Below are positions 1-9,676 of a stretch of DNA of 64,000 bases, piece by piece. The stretch's first letter is position 1. Every line of letters begins with the position of its first letter. Source of the stretch: Candidatus Omnitrophota bacterium (lineage in GTDB: Bacteria > Omnitrophota > Gorgyraeia > Gorgyraeales > Gorgyraeaceae); contig JAPLMD010000054.1 of NCBI GenBank assembly GCA_026387235.1, positions 11,437-75,436 of the forward strand. Direction: 5' to 3'. The notes below the pieces were generated by a model that ran no database searches, had not been told where the DNA came from, and saw only the letters and a list, made by a program, of their open reading frames with translations. A program made the position numbers and the translations under genes.

Positions 1-422
1 AGCAATTTATACTCATCTTCGGTCATGACATTATAGATATCGCCTTCCTTTGCATAAGCGAGTTCGTTTGAGCGCAACATTATATCAAATATGTCTTTTA
101 CAGGCACATTTTGGACCATAAGGGTGATCCTGCCCGTAACGTTCTTTGTTACAACTACATTTAAGCCTGCCTTCATAGCCAAAAACTTGAGCGCGTCTAC
201 AACGTCTATATTGCGAAGGTCCAGAGAAACGCTGCTCCGCGCGTCCAAAGGCTCAGAGGATGGCAGAGGCTGGCCTACAATCGCCTGGACTAATTGAGTG
301 TTAGATTGAGTGTTAGCGTCCTCTGCCCAACTGATATTAGCCGGGCATAAGATAAAACAAGCAGCTAATAACGCATATAGAGTCCGACGGAACTGAAGCC
401 CATGGCTTCTAAAATATATCAT
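1..422 (-). CDS. Secretin (PilQ/GspD family), N-terminal part; runs off the window
   Basis: Not in the ORF track; translated by hand from ATG at 422 (ATGA overlap with the upstream stop). MIYFRSHG...LLAACFILCPANISWA (signal peptide) is followed by SVSLDLRNIDVVDALKFLAMKAGLNVVVTKNVTGRITLMVQNVPVKDIFDIML, typical of a secretin N0/STN domain. Confidence 0.8.
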   Translation of the reverse strand, partial: MIYFRSHGLQFRRTLYALLAACFILCPANISWAEDANTQSNTQLVQAIVGQPLPSSEPLDARSSVSLDLRNIDVVDALKFLAMKAGLNVVVTKNVTGRITLMVQNVPVKDIFDIMLRSNELAYAKEGDIYNVMTEDEYKL

Positions 423-1111
423 CGCAATTCTACTTCTTCTCCTCTGTAGCTTAAAATAACCTTGTCTTTTAATATCGCTTCTACCCTTATATCTGTTCCC
501 AGGGTTTGCCCTCTCTTTACAAAAAACGTCCTCAACGCGCTTGTGTCTTCAACCATTGCGTCAGGATCGCTGGACCAGGAAATACCAACTAATCTTAAAT
601 GCCTGGTTGCCTCAGTCGCGTTTAAAGAGGCGTCTTTCATAACTGCCTTTGCGCTGCCATCTATATTTTTTGCGCCTATCTTAAATATGTTTCTTTGCCT
701 CACTTTTTCTAAGTAGAAGGATTCTGCTTTTTTTAAAAAAGACGTCTTTCCCGCGCCCTCTTCGGATTGGCTTTCTAAATCAGGGATCTTAAATTTAGAA
801 TCCCATGGGTTTTTCATGTCAACCATCGATGCAGAAAAACTGAATAAAAAATAAAACGCTAAGATAAATATAGAAAGAAACAGGATATTATTTATAGTTT
901 TTACGTCTAATTTTCGGAAATCCCTGTAATCAAAACTTCCTCTCAGTTTATTCTTAAAAAAATAAATCCTGCTTAGCCAGGCGCTAAATGAAAACAGGCT
1001 ATTCCTTCGGTATCTGACAGCGCGGCCGCCAACGCCTGCGCTCTCTTTCTTCGGATCCTCTATTAACCTTAATAACTGTTTTTCTGGAGTAACAGATCTT
1101 TCCTGTGCCAT
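419..1111 (-). CDS. Single-TM GspC/PilP-like type II secretion/pilus assembly protein
   Basis: One TM helix, then a C-terminal LRLVGISWS-DPDAMVED...FVKRGQ...VEAILKDKVIL beta domain. Lies between the ATPase and the secretin. Confidence 0.6.
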   Translation of the reverse strand: MAQERSVTPEKQLLRLIEDPKKESAGVGGRAVRYRRNSLFSFSAWLSRIYFFKNKLRGSFDYRDFRKLDVKTINNILFLSIFILAFYFLFSFSASMVDMKNPWDSKFKIPDLESQSEEGAGKTSFLKKAESFYLEKVRQRNIFKIGAKNIDGSAKAVMKDASLNATEATRHLRLVGISWSSDPDAMVEDTSALRTFFVKRGQTLGTDIRVEAILKDKVILSYRGEEVELR

Positions 1112-1938
1112 CCTGATTTTATCTCTTCCCCTATTATTTCCTTGATCAACTCTCCGTTTATTACAAATTTATTCTTAAGGATCAGGCATTTCAATGCCTT
1201 GTGGCATATCATGATTATCTTTCTCGGATATCCCCGGCTATATTGATAAATCTCTTCTATTGCATCCTCCGAGAATAACTGCATGTTTGCCTTGTAGCCT
1301 GCCTGCCGTATCCGGAATTCTATCATCTCTTTTGTCTCATTAAAGCCAAACGGGTTGAGGGTGTATTTAAAACTAACTCTATCAAGAAAATTCGGAATGT
1401 TCACTATCTTGGAATGCAGTTCCATCTGCCCTAAAAGAACCAGCTGCAGAAGCTTAAATTTATTCGTTTCGTAATTTAAAAGCACTCTCAATATCTCCAG
1501 AGAAGCCTCGTTTAATTTTTGCGCCTCGTCAATTATAAGAGTTACTGTTTTATTTTCTGTAACTCCTTTCTGGAAAAGGAACTTCTCTAATGCCTCTCTC
1601 ATATCCAATATTGCATGAGAGGCATTGCTATCTATGTTAATATCAAAGTTTCTTATTAATGAGGTAATGAAGAGCTGCTCGTTATTAAAAGAAGGGTCTA
1701 AGATTATGTGAAAGATAAAATCATCTCTTTCTTTCAACTCCTGTATAAGCTTGCGGGAAAGAGTAGTTTTGCCTGTCCCGATATCCCCCAATGTAACACA
1801 AAGCCCTCTTTTTAGCCTGAGTTCTATGAGAATATTGGTAAGAGCTGCCTCATGTTCTTTAGACAGATAAAAAAATTCAGGGTCAGGGCTCGTAGAAAAT
1901 GGTTCTTTGTCAAATCCTAAAACCTTAAAGTAACTCAT
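1069..1938 (-). CDS. ExeA/GspA/MshM-family AAA ATPase
   Basis: N-terminal GF-KEPFSTSPDPEFFY, Walker A GDIGTGKT, Walker B IIDEAQ, C-terminal SRGYPRKI. Confidence 0.88.
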   Translation of the reverse strand: MSYFKVLGFDKEPFSTSPDPEFFYLSKEHEAALTNILIELRLKRGLCVTLGDIGTGKTTLSRKLIQELKERDDFIFHIILDPSFNNEQLFITSLIRNFDINIDSNASHAILDMREALEKFLFQKGVTENKTVTLIIDEAQKLNEASLEILRVLLNYETNKFKLLQLVLLGQMELHSKIVNIPNFLDRVSFKYTLNPFGFNETKEMIEFRIRQAGYKANMQLFSEDAIEEIYQYSRGYPRKIIMICHKALKCLILKNKFVINGELIKEIIGEEIKSGWHRKDLLLQKNSY

Positions 1939-2007
1939 ATTCTCCTAAGGCCTAAAAAAACCTCTTTTACACTTATATTCTAAGTATATATACGCTATTT
2001 ACAATAA

Positions 2008-2036
2008 TGTATATCATATAAACCATTTTTTGTCAA
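2008..2036 (-). promoter_or_regulatory. Putative sigma70 promoter of the secretion/pilus operon
   Basis: TTGACA-17 bp-TATACA on the minus strand upstream of 1938. Confidence 0.45.
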
Positions 2037-2088
2037 GCCAAAACCCCTTATTTGAGTATAAGTTGAGAAAAATTAGGCTGGATTTTTG

Positions 2089-4419
2089 TTAATTGGATGA
2101 AATTTCCACTCTATCAAGTTCTTGTATGACATTAAAATCGCTGTCAGCCAAAGGCTTTGTTACTATAAAGCTGTCAAAAACCTTGGTTGTCTTTAATGCG
2201 GATATCTTTATGTTGTCTCTATATACGTCGAATATCTGGCCTTCTACGATACCATTGGCTTTGCTGAAATCGAGCCAGACATCCCTACTGGCTGCATCTT
2301 TGCCTATTACAGCTCCTGAGGTTTTCTCAACCATTAATTCTGAAGCAATTTTTAGACTGCCGACTTCCGGCGCAGGAATATCTGCGCTGGAAATATTTTT
2401 ATTTTCAGATTCACCAACCTCTTTTTTAACCGCTCTTGGCCCTTCTTCCGCCTGGCCTGAGCGTTTTGTTTCTCTTTGCAATCCTCTCGCTGCTGCTTTT
2501 TTATCCAACTCTAGATCTTGACTATATTCTGTCTCTTCTAATTTTACCTCTGCAGTTTTCAATGCGAGCGCTTTTTTTAACTGAAGCTTAAGCGCGTTAT
2601 TAACGTCTTCTAATGTTCTCTTCTCAAAATCAAATGAATTCGTTTTTAACGCATATTCTGCCTTAAGATTTTCCAATATATTAATTCGTGATTCCAAAAA
2701 TGACTTTTCCTTTTCTACTGCAGCTATCTCTTCGTAAAGCCGCATCTCTGTTTTTTTCTTTTCTTTATTCAAAAGTTCATATTCTTCCTTAAGTTTAGAA
2801 TCTGCGTTTGCAAGCGCAGAAATCTCTAACCTTAACTTTGCTTCAGATTCTTCTTTTGATTTCTCAGCAATAGCATGTTGGTCGCTAAACAAGGCTATTT
2901 TTTTATTTAACTCTGCTATATTGTCGTCTTTGGCCTTGCTTAAATTAGTTATGTCTGAATCAAGTCTAAATTTTAAATCTTCTTTCTCTTTATTCAAAGA
3001 AGATATTTCCGCCTTCAATTGAGATTCGCTGTCTTCTTTGGCCTTTTCCGATTTTTTAAGCTGGTCGCTCAGATAGGATATCTGACTATATAATTTTTGC
3101 TCTCCGTCTTCCTTATATTTGACTAAAGAAGAGATGTACTTTAAGTTTGATTCAGAGTCCTCTTTTTCTGCGCTTAGACTAACAAGTTTGGCGCCAAGAT
3201 CCGCTTTTTCTGTCTCTAATACAGAAATTTGAAGGCTCAATTTAGATTCGTTTTCCTGCTTTTCTGTATTCAAAGAAACAATCTGGCTATTCAAATCGGA
3301 TTTCTCTCTTTCCAAAACAGCTACTTTATTGTTAAGTTCCGATATCAGCTTTTCCTTGCCCTGAATCGCAGTAGCAGTTTCGGATCTTACTCTATTTTCG
3401 TCTTCTTTGCTTAATTTATCCAAAGCCTGCAATTGATTGCTAAGAGTTACTATCTGCGAGTTTAGTTTTAATTCGGAATCGTCTTTTTGTTTTGTCAGAG
3501 CTGCCAATTCCAGCTTTAATTTACCGCTGTTATCTTCGCTCTGCTTGATAAGGTTTGCGAGTTTTTGTTCAAGAGATTCTTTGTCCTTATTTGAAAACGA
3601 GTATTGGCTGCTAAGTGTTTTTATTCTGGAATTTAGCTGCGCTTCCGCGTTTTCTTTATCTTTAGCGAGGCCTGCGATCTGAGCGTTCAGTTTGGAATCT
3701 GAGTCCTGTTTTTCCTTTGCAAGGATGAAGAGTTTTGATTCAAGCTCGTCTTTTTGTTTTGTCAGAGCTGCTAATTCCAGATTTAATTTACCGCTGTTAT
3801 CTTCGTTCTGCTTGACAAGGCTTGCAAGTTCGGAAAGAAGCCTTTGTTCTGTTTCCCTTTGCGTCTGGGCATTTATTTTCTTGATATTCACAAGCTCGCT
3901 GCTCAGGTTGGCGGACAAACTATCTTTTTGCTTGTTTAATTCTATTACTTCCGACAACAATCTCGCATTTTCATTCTGCAAATCGCTCAGTTTGCTGTTT
4001 AATAATTGTTCTCTCTGCGAAGAAGGCGTTTCATGTTCCCCGGATATAAATTTTGATGCGCCAGCGGCTGAAACCACATCTGGAACTATTACCCTGTCTC
4101 CTATTTTTATTGCGAGATTTTTGTCTGTACTAAGAGACCAGGCCTCTGACATTTCAGGCTTTACATCCTTTATGACAAAAGTGGCGAGATATTCGGAACG
4201 CCTGTAAATCTCGACCAAGGCTCCCACTTTTACTTCTTTTTCGCCTAAATCAGTAAAAACAAAACCTGCCTTGTTAGCTGCGTGAAGGACAACGCCTTCC
4301 TTTGAGCCTTTTGCCTGCGCTGGCGGGACTAAACAAGATATGACAAGAAAACAAATTATAGCGAAAACGGCAGCGGTCGTATATGTTTTAACTATTCTGT
4401 TTAAAGGAATATTTAACAC
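2089..4419 (-). CDS. Exported long coiled-coil protein with related beta-domains at both ends
   Basis: GTG start with AGGAGG RBS, signal peptide (...PPAQA), about 500 aa of K/E/S/L heptads. N- and C-terminal domains share a pattern. Confidence 0.8.
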   Translation of the reverse strand: MLNIPLNRIVKTYTTAAVFAIICFLVISCLVPPAQAKGSKEGVVLHAANKAGFVFTDLGEKEVKVGALVEIYRRSEYLATFVIKDVKPEMSEAWSLSTDKNLAIKIGDRVIVPDVVSAAGASKFISGEHETPSSQREQLLNSKLSDLQNENARLLSEVIELNKQKDSLSANLSSELVNIKKINAQTQRETEQRLLSELASLVKQNEDNSGKLNLELAALTKQKDELESKLFILAKEKQDSDSKLNAQIAGLAKDKENAEAQLNSRIKTLSSQYSFSNKDKESLEQKLANLIKQSEDNSGKLKLELAALTKQKDDSELKLNSQIVTLSNQLQALDKLSKEDENRVRSETATAIQGKEKLISELNNKVAVLEREKSDLNSQIVSLNTEKQENESKLSLQISVLETEKADLGAKLVSLSAEKEDSESNLKYISSLVKYKEDGEQKLYSQISYLSDQLKKSEKAKEDSESQLKAEISSLNKEKEDLKFRLDSDITNLSKAKDDNIAELNKKIALFSDQHAIAEKSKEESEAKLRLEISALANADSKLKEEYELLNKEKKKTEMRLYEEIAAVEKEKSFLESRINILENLKAEYALKTNSFDFEKRTLEDVNNALKLQLKKALALKTAEVKLEETEYSQDLELDKKAAARGLQRETKRSGQAEEGPRAVKKEVGESENKNISSADIPAPEVGSLKIASELMVEKTSGAVIGKDAASRDVWLDFSKANGIVEGQIFDVYRDNIKISALKTTKVFDSFIVTKPLADSDFNVIQELDRVEISSN

Positions 4420-4434
4420 AAATATTCCTCCTTT

Positions 4435-4827
4435 TTAAGAGCTATGCTTAAGATTTTTATGCACCCTTAATGCGGATTCAAGCAGGGATAACCCTTCTTG
4501 AAAATCTTTACGCTTGCAAAAAATACCGGAGATTCCATATTTCATTGCTTCTGCAGCCCTTGGGTCATCCACATAAGCGCTTATAACTATTATGGGAATA
4601 TTTTTATTAAATCCCCTGATTCTTTTAATCGTTTCTACGCCGTCCATATTTGGCATCCGCAAATCAATCAGGATAATATTTAACTCTTCTTTTTTCACCA
4701 GGTCAATTGCAGCCTCTCCATCCCCTGCGGTTACAACAGAATAACCTTTTGATTCAAGCCAAAACTTCATAAGCTGAAGAAAATCCTGCTCGTCATCTAC
4801 CAACAAAATCTTTTTTTCTTTACCCAT
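4435..4827 (-). CDS. Single-domain response regulator (receiver)
   Basis: ILLVDDE, IDLRMPNMDG, ISAY. Confidence 0.92.
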   Translation of the reverse strand: MGKEKKILLVDDEQDFLQLMKFWLESKGYSVVTAGDGEAAIDLVKKEELNIILIDLRMPNMDGVETIKRIRGFNKNIPIIVISAYVDDPRAAEAMKYGISGIFCKRKDFQEGLSLLESALRVHKNLKHSS

Positions 4828-4879
4828 AAACCCTCCGGCATATTTACAAATGTTATTATTACAACATATTACGCGATAG

Positions 4880-6316
4880 TCAAGCTTGAATTGTGTTCAA
4901 GGGCAATGTGAAAATAAACTTTGCGCCCCGGCCTTGTTCGCTTTCCGCCCAAATTCTTCCGCCGTACAATTCTACTATCTCCTTGGCAATAGACAGCCCT
5001 ATGCCCGTCCCGATTATTTCGCTGCGCGCTTTTTTCCCATCTGCCTGATAAAATTTATCAAATACCTTCTTGAGATCATCCTGAACTATGCCGCTGCCCG
5101 TATCCTGGACGCTAATCTTAATCTCCTTGTTCTCCTGATCGAAACCCGCTTCTATAATTATACTGCCATTATTTGGAGTAAATTTAACAGCATTCCCCAC
5201 GAGGTTATTCAAAACCTGGTTTATTCTATTCGGATCTGCATATAAATCTGAAATGGGCTCATGGATATTTTTTTCCATCCTGATAGATTTTGTGCTTGCC
5301 CATGTGCCAAAACTCTTGAGAGATTCGTCAATCATGTTCTCTATTGAAAAAAGTTCACGCCTCAATTCCATTTTGCCTGCTTCTAGCTTGGAAAGGTCTA
5401 AAAGGTCATTGATAAGAAGGCTTAATCTCTTGAGATTGCGCTCAGCTATGCTTAAAAATTGTTCCTGATTTTTGCTGACAGGCCCCGCGGCATTGCTGAG
5501 AATAAGGGTTATGGATTTTTCGATAGCTACGAGAGGTGTCCGCAACTCATGAGAAACGCTGGCTACAAAATTTGATTTCAATTGATCCAATTCTTTTTGC
5601 TTAGTGATATCGCTCAAAACAGAAACCATCCCGACCGTATGACCGTTCTCATTCTCTATGACCGCGCTAGAGGCTCTTAATATCTTTTTGGTTTCGTCAT
5701 GCTGGCTTATGACCTCTATTTCTTTGCCTTCGGAGCCGGGCACATTTTTTATCAAAGATATCAACTGCTCTTCTTTTAAATTCTCCATGATAGGCCTGCC
5801 TATTTTATCATTTTTCGAAACCCCTAAAAGCCTCTCTGCAGCGGGGTTCATCATAATAACCTTGCCTGATGAATCCACAACCAACAGGCCTTCTGCTATG
5901 CTTTTTATTACCGCCTCTGTCTGTTTCTTATTAACCAGCTCCTTTTCATATTTACCCCACGCGACTTCTTCGTTCTGCGTCTTTTCTTTGATAACTGATT
6001 CGTATTTCCTGCTTAATTCTTGCGTATGCAGGCTGATCTTCTTATCTAATTCCTTATTAAATATATCGGAAACAACCTTGGTAACCTGTTCGCAATCCTT
6101 TTCTGAATCAACTATATTCGTCAACTCATCATATATAACACGCTCTAGCGGCTCTTCGACAGAGAGATCTCTATCGAGATATTTTATTCTTTTTTTATTT
6201 TTATCTAATGCTTTTTTTGAATGATCCGACAGGTTGGAGAAATATACCAGCAGAAATGCGATTATTATACTTAAGGTAGCTGTTACTACGTATACGGATA
6301 CAAGGTAAGAAGACAT
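4880..6316 (-). CDS. PAS-domain sensor histidine kinase
   Basis: N-terminal TM, PAS (GLLVVD...MNPAAE), H-box SHELRTPL, NAVKF, DTGSG, GTGIGL. Confidence 0.93.
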   Translation of the reverse strand: MSSYLVSVYVVTATLSIIIAFLLVYFSNLSDHSKKALDKNKKRIKYLDRDLSVEEPLERVIYDELTNIVDSEKDCEQVTKVVSDIFNKELDKKISLHTQELSRKYESVIKEKTQNEEVAWGKYEKELVNKKQTEAVIKSIAEGLLVVDSSGKVIMMNPAAERLLGVSKNDKIGRPIMENLKEEQLISLIKNVPGSEGKEIEVISQHDETKKILRASSAVIENENGHTVGMVSVLSDITKQKELDQLKSNFVASVSHELRTPLVAIEKSITLILSNAAGPVSKNQEQFLSIAERNLKRLSLLINDLLDLSKLEAGKMELRRELFSIENMIDESLKSFGTWASTKSIRMEKNIHEPISDLYADPNRINQVLNNLVGNAVKFTPNNGSIIIEAGFDQENKEIKISVQDTGSGIVQDDLKKVFDKFYQADGKKARSEIIGTGIGLSIAKEIVELYGGRIWAESEQGRGAKFIFTLPLNTIQA

Positions 6317-6429
6317 TTTATATATATCCCCTAAAAGTGAAAATATATTTGAATAATACCATAATAACTATGTTTATACAAGAGCTTGCTGAGACTGAAA
6401 AAACAATATTCTATTCTTTTAAATCTTTA

Positions 6430-6663
6430 TTACATATTGGCTGATGCTTCCTGGGCCAGAGGCAAGATTGCCTGGACTTCGTCTTTGGTCATTCTCCCGA
6501 GCTTTGCAAACCTGAACGCGCCTTCCTGGTCCCTGTTTTCCCTCACTATCTGTAATTTCTTAGGGCCGTTATTGTAGGAATGGACGCTCACGGTGATTTT
6601 CCCATCATCATTTTCATAAGATTTAGCAAATACTTCCTTATCAAGACTTGCATCGTACGGCAT
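6430..6663 (-). CDS. Small hypothetical protein (77 aa)
   Basis: Strong RBS GAGGAGG; beta-strands followed by a helix (ITVSVHSY..KKLQIVRE..FAKLGRMTKDEV). Confidence 0.75.
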   Translation of the reverse strand: MPYDASLDKEVFAKSYENDDGKITVSVHSYNNGPKKLQIVRENRDQEGAFRFAKLGRMTKDEVQAILPLAQEASANM

Positions 6664-6673
6664 GTTTCCTCCT

Positions 6674-6737
6674 CAAATTTGCAAAGCAAATTTGATCCCG
6701 AGCCGCTCTTATACTCCAGTATATGCGGCGAGGGACC
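6674..6737. repeat. Dispersed palindromic repeat, family A
   Basis: CAAATTTGC-AAA-GCAAATTTG ATCCCGAGCCGC...GCGGCGAGGGACC; near copies at 22216 and 36250. Confidence 0.85.
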
Positions 6738-6742
6738 TTTTT

Positions 6743-7933
6743 TTACTCTGTTAGACCAGCTACAAAGCCTGACGCCCATGCCCAGGCAAGATTGTACCCG
6801 CCTCGTTCGCCATTTACATTCAGAATCTCGCCTGCGAAATAAACGCCTTTTTTTAATTTTGATTCGAGAGTAAGTTCCTTGACCTCTCCTGTATCTATCC
6901 CGCCTGCCGTAAACTCTGCTTCGTTCCAACCTCTTGTTCCTATTATATCAAATCTTTTGTCTTTTAGCATCTTTACTATTTTTTCAATATTTGCCCCCCT
7001 GAATAAATCCCTGAAAATAAGGCTGAATTTATTGGGCAATATCCCTATCATTAAATTTTCTGCTGCGAAACCTTTTTGGATCCTGTTTTCAATCTCTTCT
7101 CTAAGCTTTAGCGCGTCAATAAAAGGCACCATATCGATCGAAACGATTACGCCTTTTTTGCGAAGCCTGTTTATGGCTATCGAAACATCCCCGCTCACGT
7201 CCAATATGGCAGTGCCGGACAATCCGTATTTTGTGAAAAGCAATTCTCCTTTCGCTTCTTTTTTTATTTTACCATCTATTACGCTTCTTGCAATACATTG
7301 TATTTTCTGGCCCTGAAGCAGGTGGCAAAATTTGTCTTTTACCAAAAGCGGGACAGCGTTTGGGACAGGCTCTATGATCTTATGGCCGAACGATCCGGCT
7401 AAAGCATAGCAACTCCCGTCAGAGCCAAGGCTCGGATAAGTCTTTCCGCCTCCTGTTATAATAACCCAATCGCCTGATATAGTTTTGCCGCTCCTGGATT
7501 TTACTATAAATCCTTTGGCTGAACCGGCAATACTATTTACTTCAAAGCCAAACTCTATGGGCATCTTTAAATTTTTAAGCTCTTCTTCTAAAACCTTTAA
7601 AACGCTGGATGACTGGTTTGTAACGGGAAAAAGCCTGTCACCTTGCGAATATAACTTCAGCCCAAGCTTATTAAAAAATTTCTCTATATCATCCCGGCCG
7701 CCGAATTTGGAAAATACACTTTTTACAAGGCCTCTTGCTTCTGGATTATAATGCGTCTCGCTTAAATCTTTATTGGAAATATTGCATCTTGCTGCGCCTG
7801 AAATAAGTATTTTCTTGCCGAGCCGCGGCATCTTTTCGCATATTATAACATCTTTACCGCTGCGCCCGGCGCTGATAGCCGCAGTTATTCCTGCTGCTCC
7901 GCCTCCTATAACCGCAATATCAAATTTTTGCAT
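6743..7933 (-). CDS. HI0933/YhiN(BaiN)-family NAD(P)/FAD-dependent oxidoreductase
   Basis: GGGAAG, GKKILISG-ARCN, TGGGKTYP-LGSDG, FAGEILNVNG-RGGYNL. Confidence 0.92.
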   Translation of the reverse strand: MQKFDIAVIGGGAAGITAAISAGRSGKDVIICEKMPRLGKKILISGAARCNISNKDLSETHYNPEARGLVKSVFSKFGGRDDIEKFFNKLGLKLYSQGDRLFPVTNQSSSVLKVLEEELKNLKMPIEFGFEVNSIAGSAKGFIVKSRSGKTISGDWVIITGGGKTYPSLGSDGSCYALAGSFGHKIIEPVPNAVPLLVKDKFCHLLQGQKIQCIARSVIDGKIKKEAKGELLFTKYGLSGTAILDVSGDVSIAINRLRKKGVIVSIDMVPFIDALKLREEIENRIQKGFAAENLMIGILPNKFSLIFRDLFRGANIEKIVKMLKDKRFDIIGTRGWNEAEFTAGGIDTGEVKELTLESKLKKGVYFAGEILNVNGERGGYNLAWAWASGFVAGLTE

Positions 7934-7934
7934 T

Positions 7935-8014
7935 TATACATTCGCCCCGATAAATCGGGGCTCAGTATTCCGCCCAAGAAACCCTGGGCTTAAGCCCAGG
8001 CGGGCTTCATTTTC
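7935..8014. repeat. Dispersed palindromic repeat, family B
   Basis: TATACATTCGC-hairpin-GCTCAGTATTCCGCCCAAGAAAC-CTGGGCTTAAGCCCAG...; related copies at 36959 (inverted) and 46630. Confidence 0.85.
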
Positions 8015-9020
8015 TTATTTTTTTCCTGATATCGTGCTCGTCCTCTATCTCGCCCACTATTTCCTCAAGCAGGTCCTCCATGGTCACCAGGCCCTGAATC
8101 TTGCCATACGAATCAATTATAATGGCCAGGTGAGTGTGGCCTTTCTGGAATTCCTTTAACAGCTCTGCTACATTTTTGGAATCAGGGACAAAGATAGGAG
8201 GATATATTATATCCTGCAGGATCACAAGGTCTCTATTGACCGAAAGATTCAATAAATCCTTCATATTTATAACGCCAATTATATTGTCCGGGTTGTCTTT
8301 ATAAACAGGCAACCTGGAATAGCCTGACTCAAGGACCTTATCCAGTATATCCTCTATATTCGCGCATATATCAATCAAAATCATCCTGTCTTTGGGTATC
8401 ATTACAGTCTTTACAACAGTATCGCTGAATTCAAATACCTTTGTAAGCATTTTGTATTTATCTTTATGCTTCGGACTTTCTTCTTCGCCTATCCTGATGA
8501 GCGCCTTTATCTCGTCTTCCACTACAAGAGACGGCTTGCCTTTTGTACCGCCTCCCAGAAGATTCACTACGAAATTAGTTATAGTCGACAAAATCCTGAC
8601 AACAGGGGATAAAATAATTATAAGATATTTCACTGTCATGGAAAGATATAATGCAATCCTTACAGGTTTTTTCGCAGATAACGTTTTAGCAGCTACTTCA
8701 AAAATTATTATGAGAAAAGAGGCTACGATCGTAGCAAGCAATATGCTTCTGGAATTGCTTCCGCTGAAAGAAACTATCATAACCGTAACTATGGATGCTA
8801 TAAGAGCGTCCACGATATTATTCGCTACAAGAATGGTTCCGAAAAATCTTTCAGGTGTCTCTAGAATTTTTAGTATTATCTTTGCTGGTTTAGACCCGTC
8901 AGCAGCAAGGCGCCTTAATTTTATGATGCTCGCCGCTATAATGGCTGTTTCTGACGCAGCTGTCAAAGCGCCTATCAAAAGTAAAATTACCAGCAATAAA
9001 AGCTCTATGATTATTTTCAT
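8007..9020 (-). CDS. CNNM/DUF21 + CBS-pair hemolysin-family (CorC/HlyC-like) membrane protein
   Basis: ASETA, TILVANN, SGYSRLPVY, GLVTMEDLLEEIVGEIEDE. Confidence 0.9.
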   Translation of the reverse strand: MKIIIELLLLVILLLIGALTAASETAIIAASIIKLRRLAADGSKPAKIILKILETPERFFGTILVANNIVDALIASIVTVMIVSFSGSNSRSILLATIVASFLIIIFEVAAKTLSAKKPVRIALYLSMTVKYLIIILSPVVRILSTITNFVVNLLGGGTKGKPSLVVEDEIKALIRIGEEESPKHKDKYKMLTKVFEFSDTVVKTVMIPKDRMILIDICANIEDILDKVLESGYSRLPVYKDNPDNIIGVINMKDLLNLSVNRDLVILQDIIYPPIFVPDSKNVAELLKEFQKGHTHLAIIIDSYGKIQGLVTMEDLLEEIVGEIEDEHDIRKKIRK

Positions 9021-9670
9021 TTTTGTATAAAGTTTACCATATCATCCGCTAATGGCAAATCAAAATTCATTTTGATACCGGTGACAGGATGTATAAATTC
9101 AAGCGCTTTAGCGTGAAGCGCTGTCCTCTTAAACTTCAGCTTGAAGTCTTTCCTGAATGCGTACACGCTTTCTCCCACAAGAGGATGCCCAAGTTCTTTA
9201 AAATGTATCCTGATCTGATTAGTTCTGCCTGTAGCAGGTTCTACTTTGACTATCGTAAAATCCCCCCTTCTTTCAAGGACTTCGAATTTCGTAATCATAA
9301 GCTCGGTTTTTCTTTTCTTTTGATTATATATGTTGCCTCTCAGGGTATCGGAATTTTTTTGCACAATGCCATGGACAAACGCAATGTACGTCTTTTTTAC
9401 AAGACGCCTTTTGAACTGATCCATCATGTTTCCCTGAATAGACTTCCCCTTGGCGTAGAGAATAAGGCCGGAGGTTTCTCTGTCAATCCTGTGGCATGGA
9501 TAGGCATTCACTTCCACGCCGCGGCTATCCAGTTCCTTATTTAAAAGATCTGTCAGGGTATTTGTTTCTCCTTTTGGGGTAGGCACAACCAGCATCCCGG
9601 AAGGCTTGTTTATCACAAAGATATACTCATCCTCATAAACTATGCCATATCTCTTTTTATCTGGATTCAT
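9017..9670 (-). CDS. RluA-family pseudouridine synthase
   Basis: NKPSG, HRIDRETSG, TGRTNQIR. Confidence 0.93.
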   Translation of the reverse strand: MNPDKKRYGIVYEDEYIFVINKPSGMLVVPTPKGETNTLTDLLNKELDSRGVEVNAYPCHRIDRETSGLILYAKGKSIQGNMMDQFKRRLVKKTYIAFVHGIVQKNSDTLRGNIYNQKKRKTELMITKFEVLERRGDFTIVKVEPATGRTNQIRIHFKELGHPLVGESVYAFRKDFKLKFKRTALHAKALEFIHPVTGIKMNFDLPLADDMVNFIQK

Positions 9671-9676
9671 CTGGCA

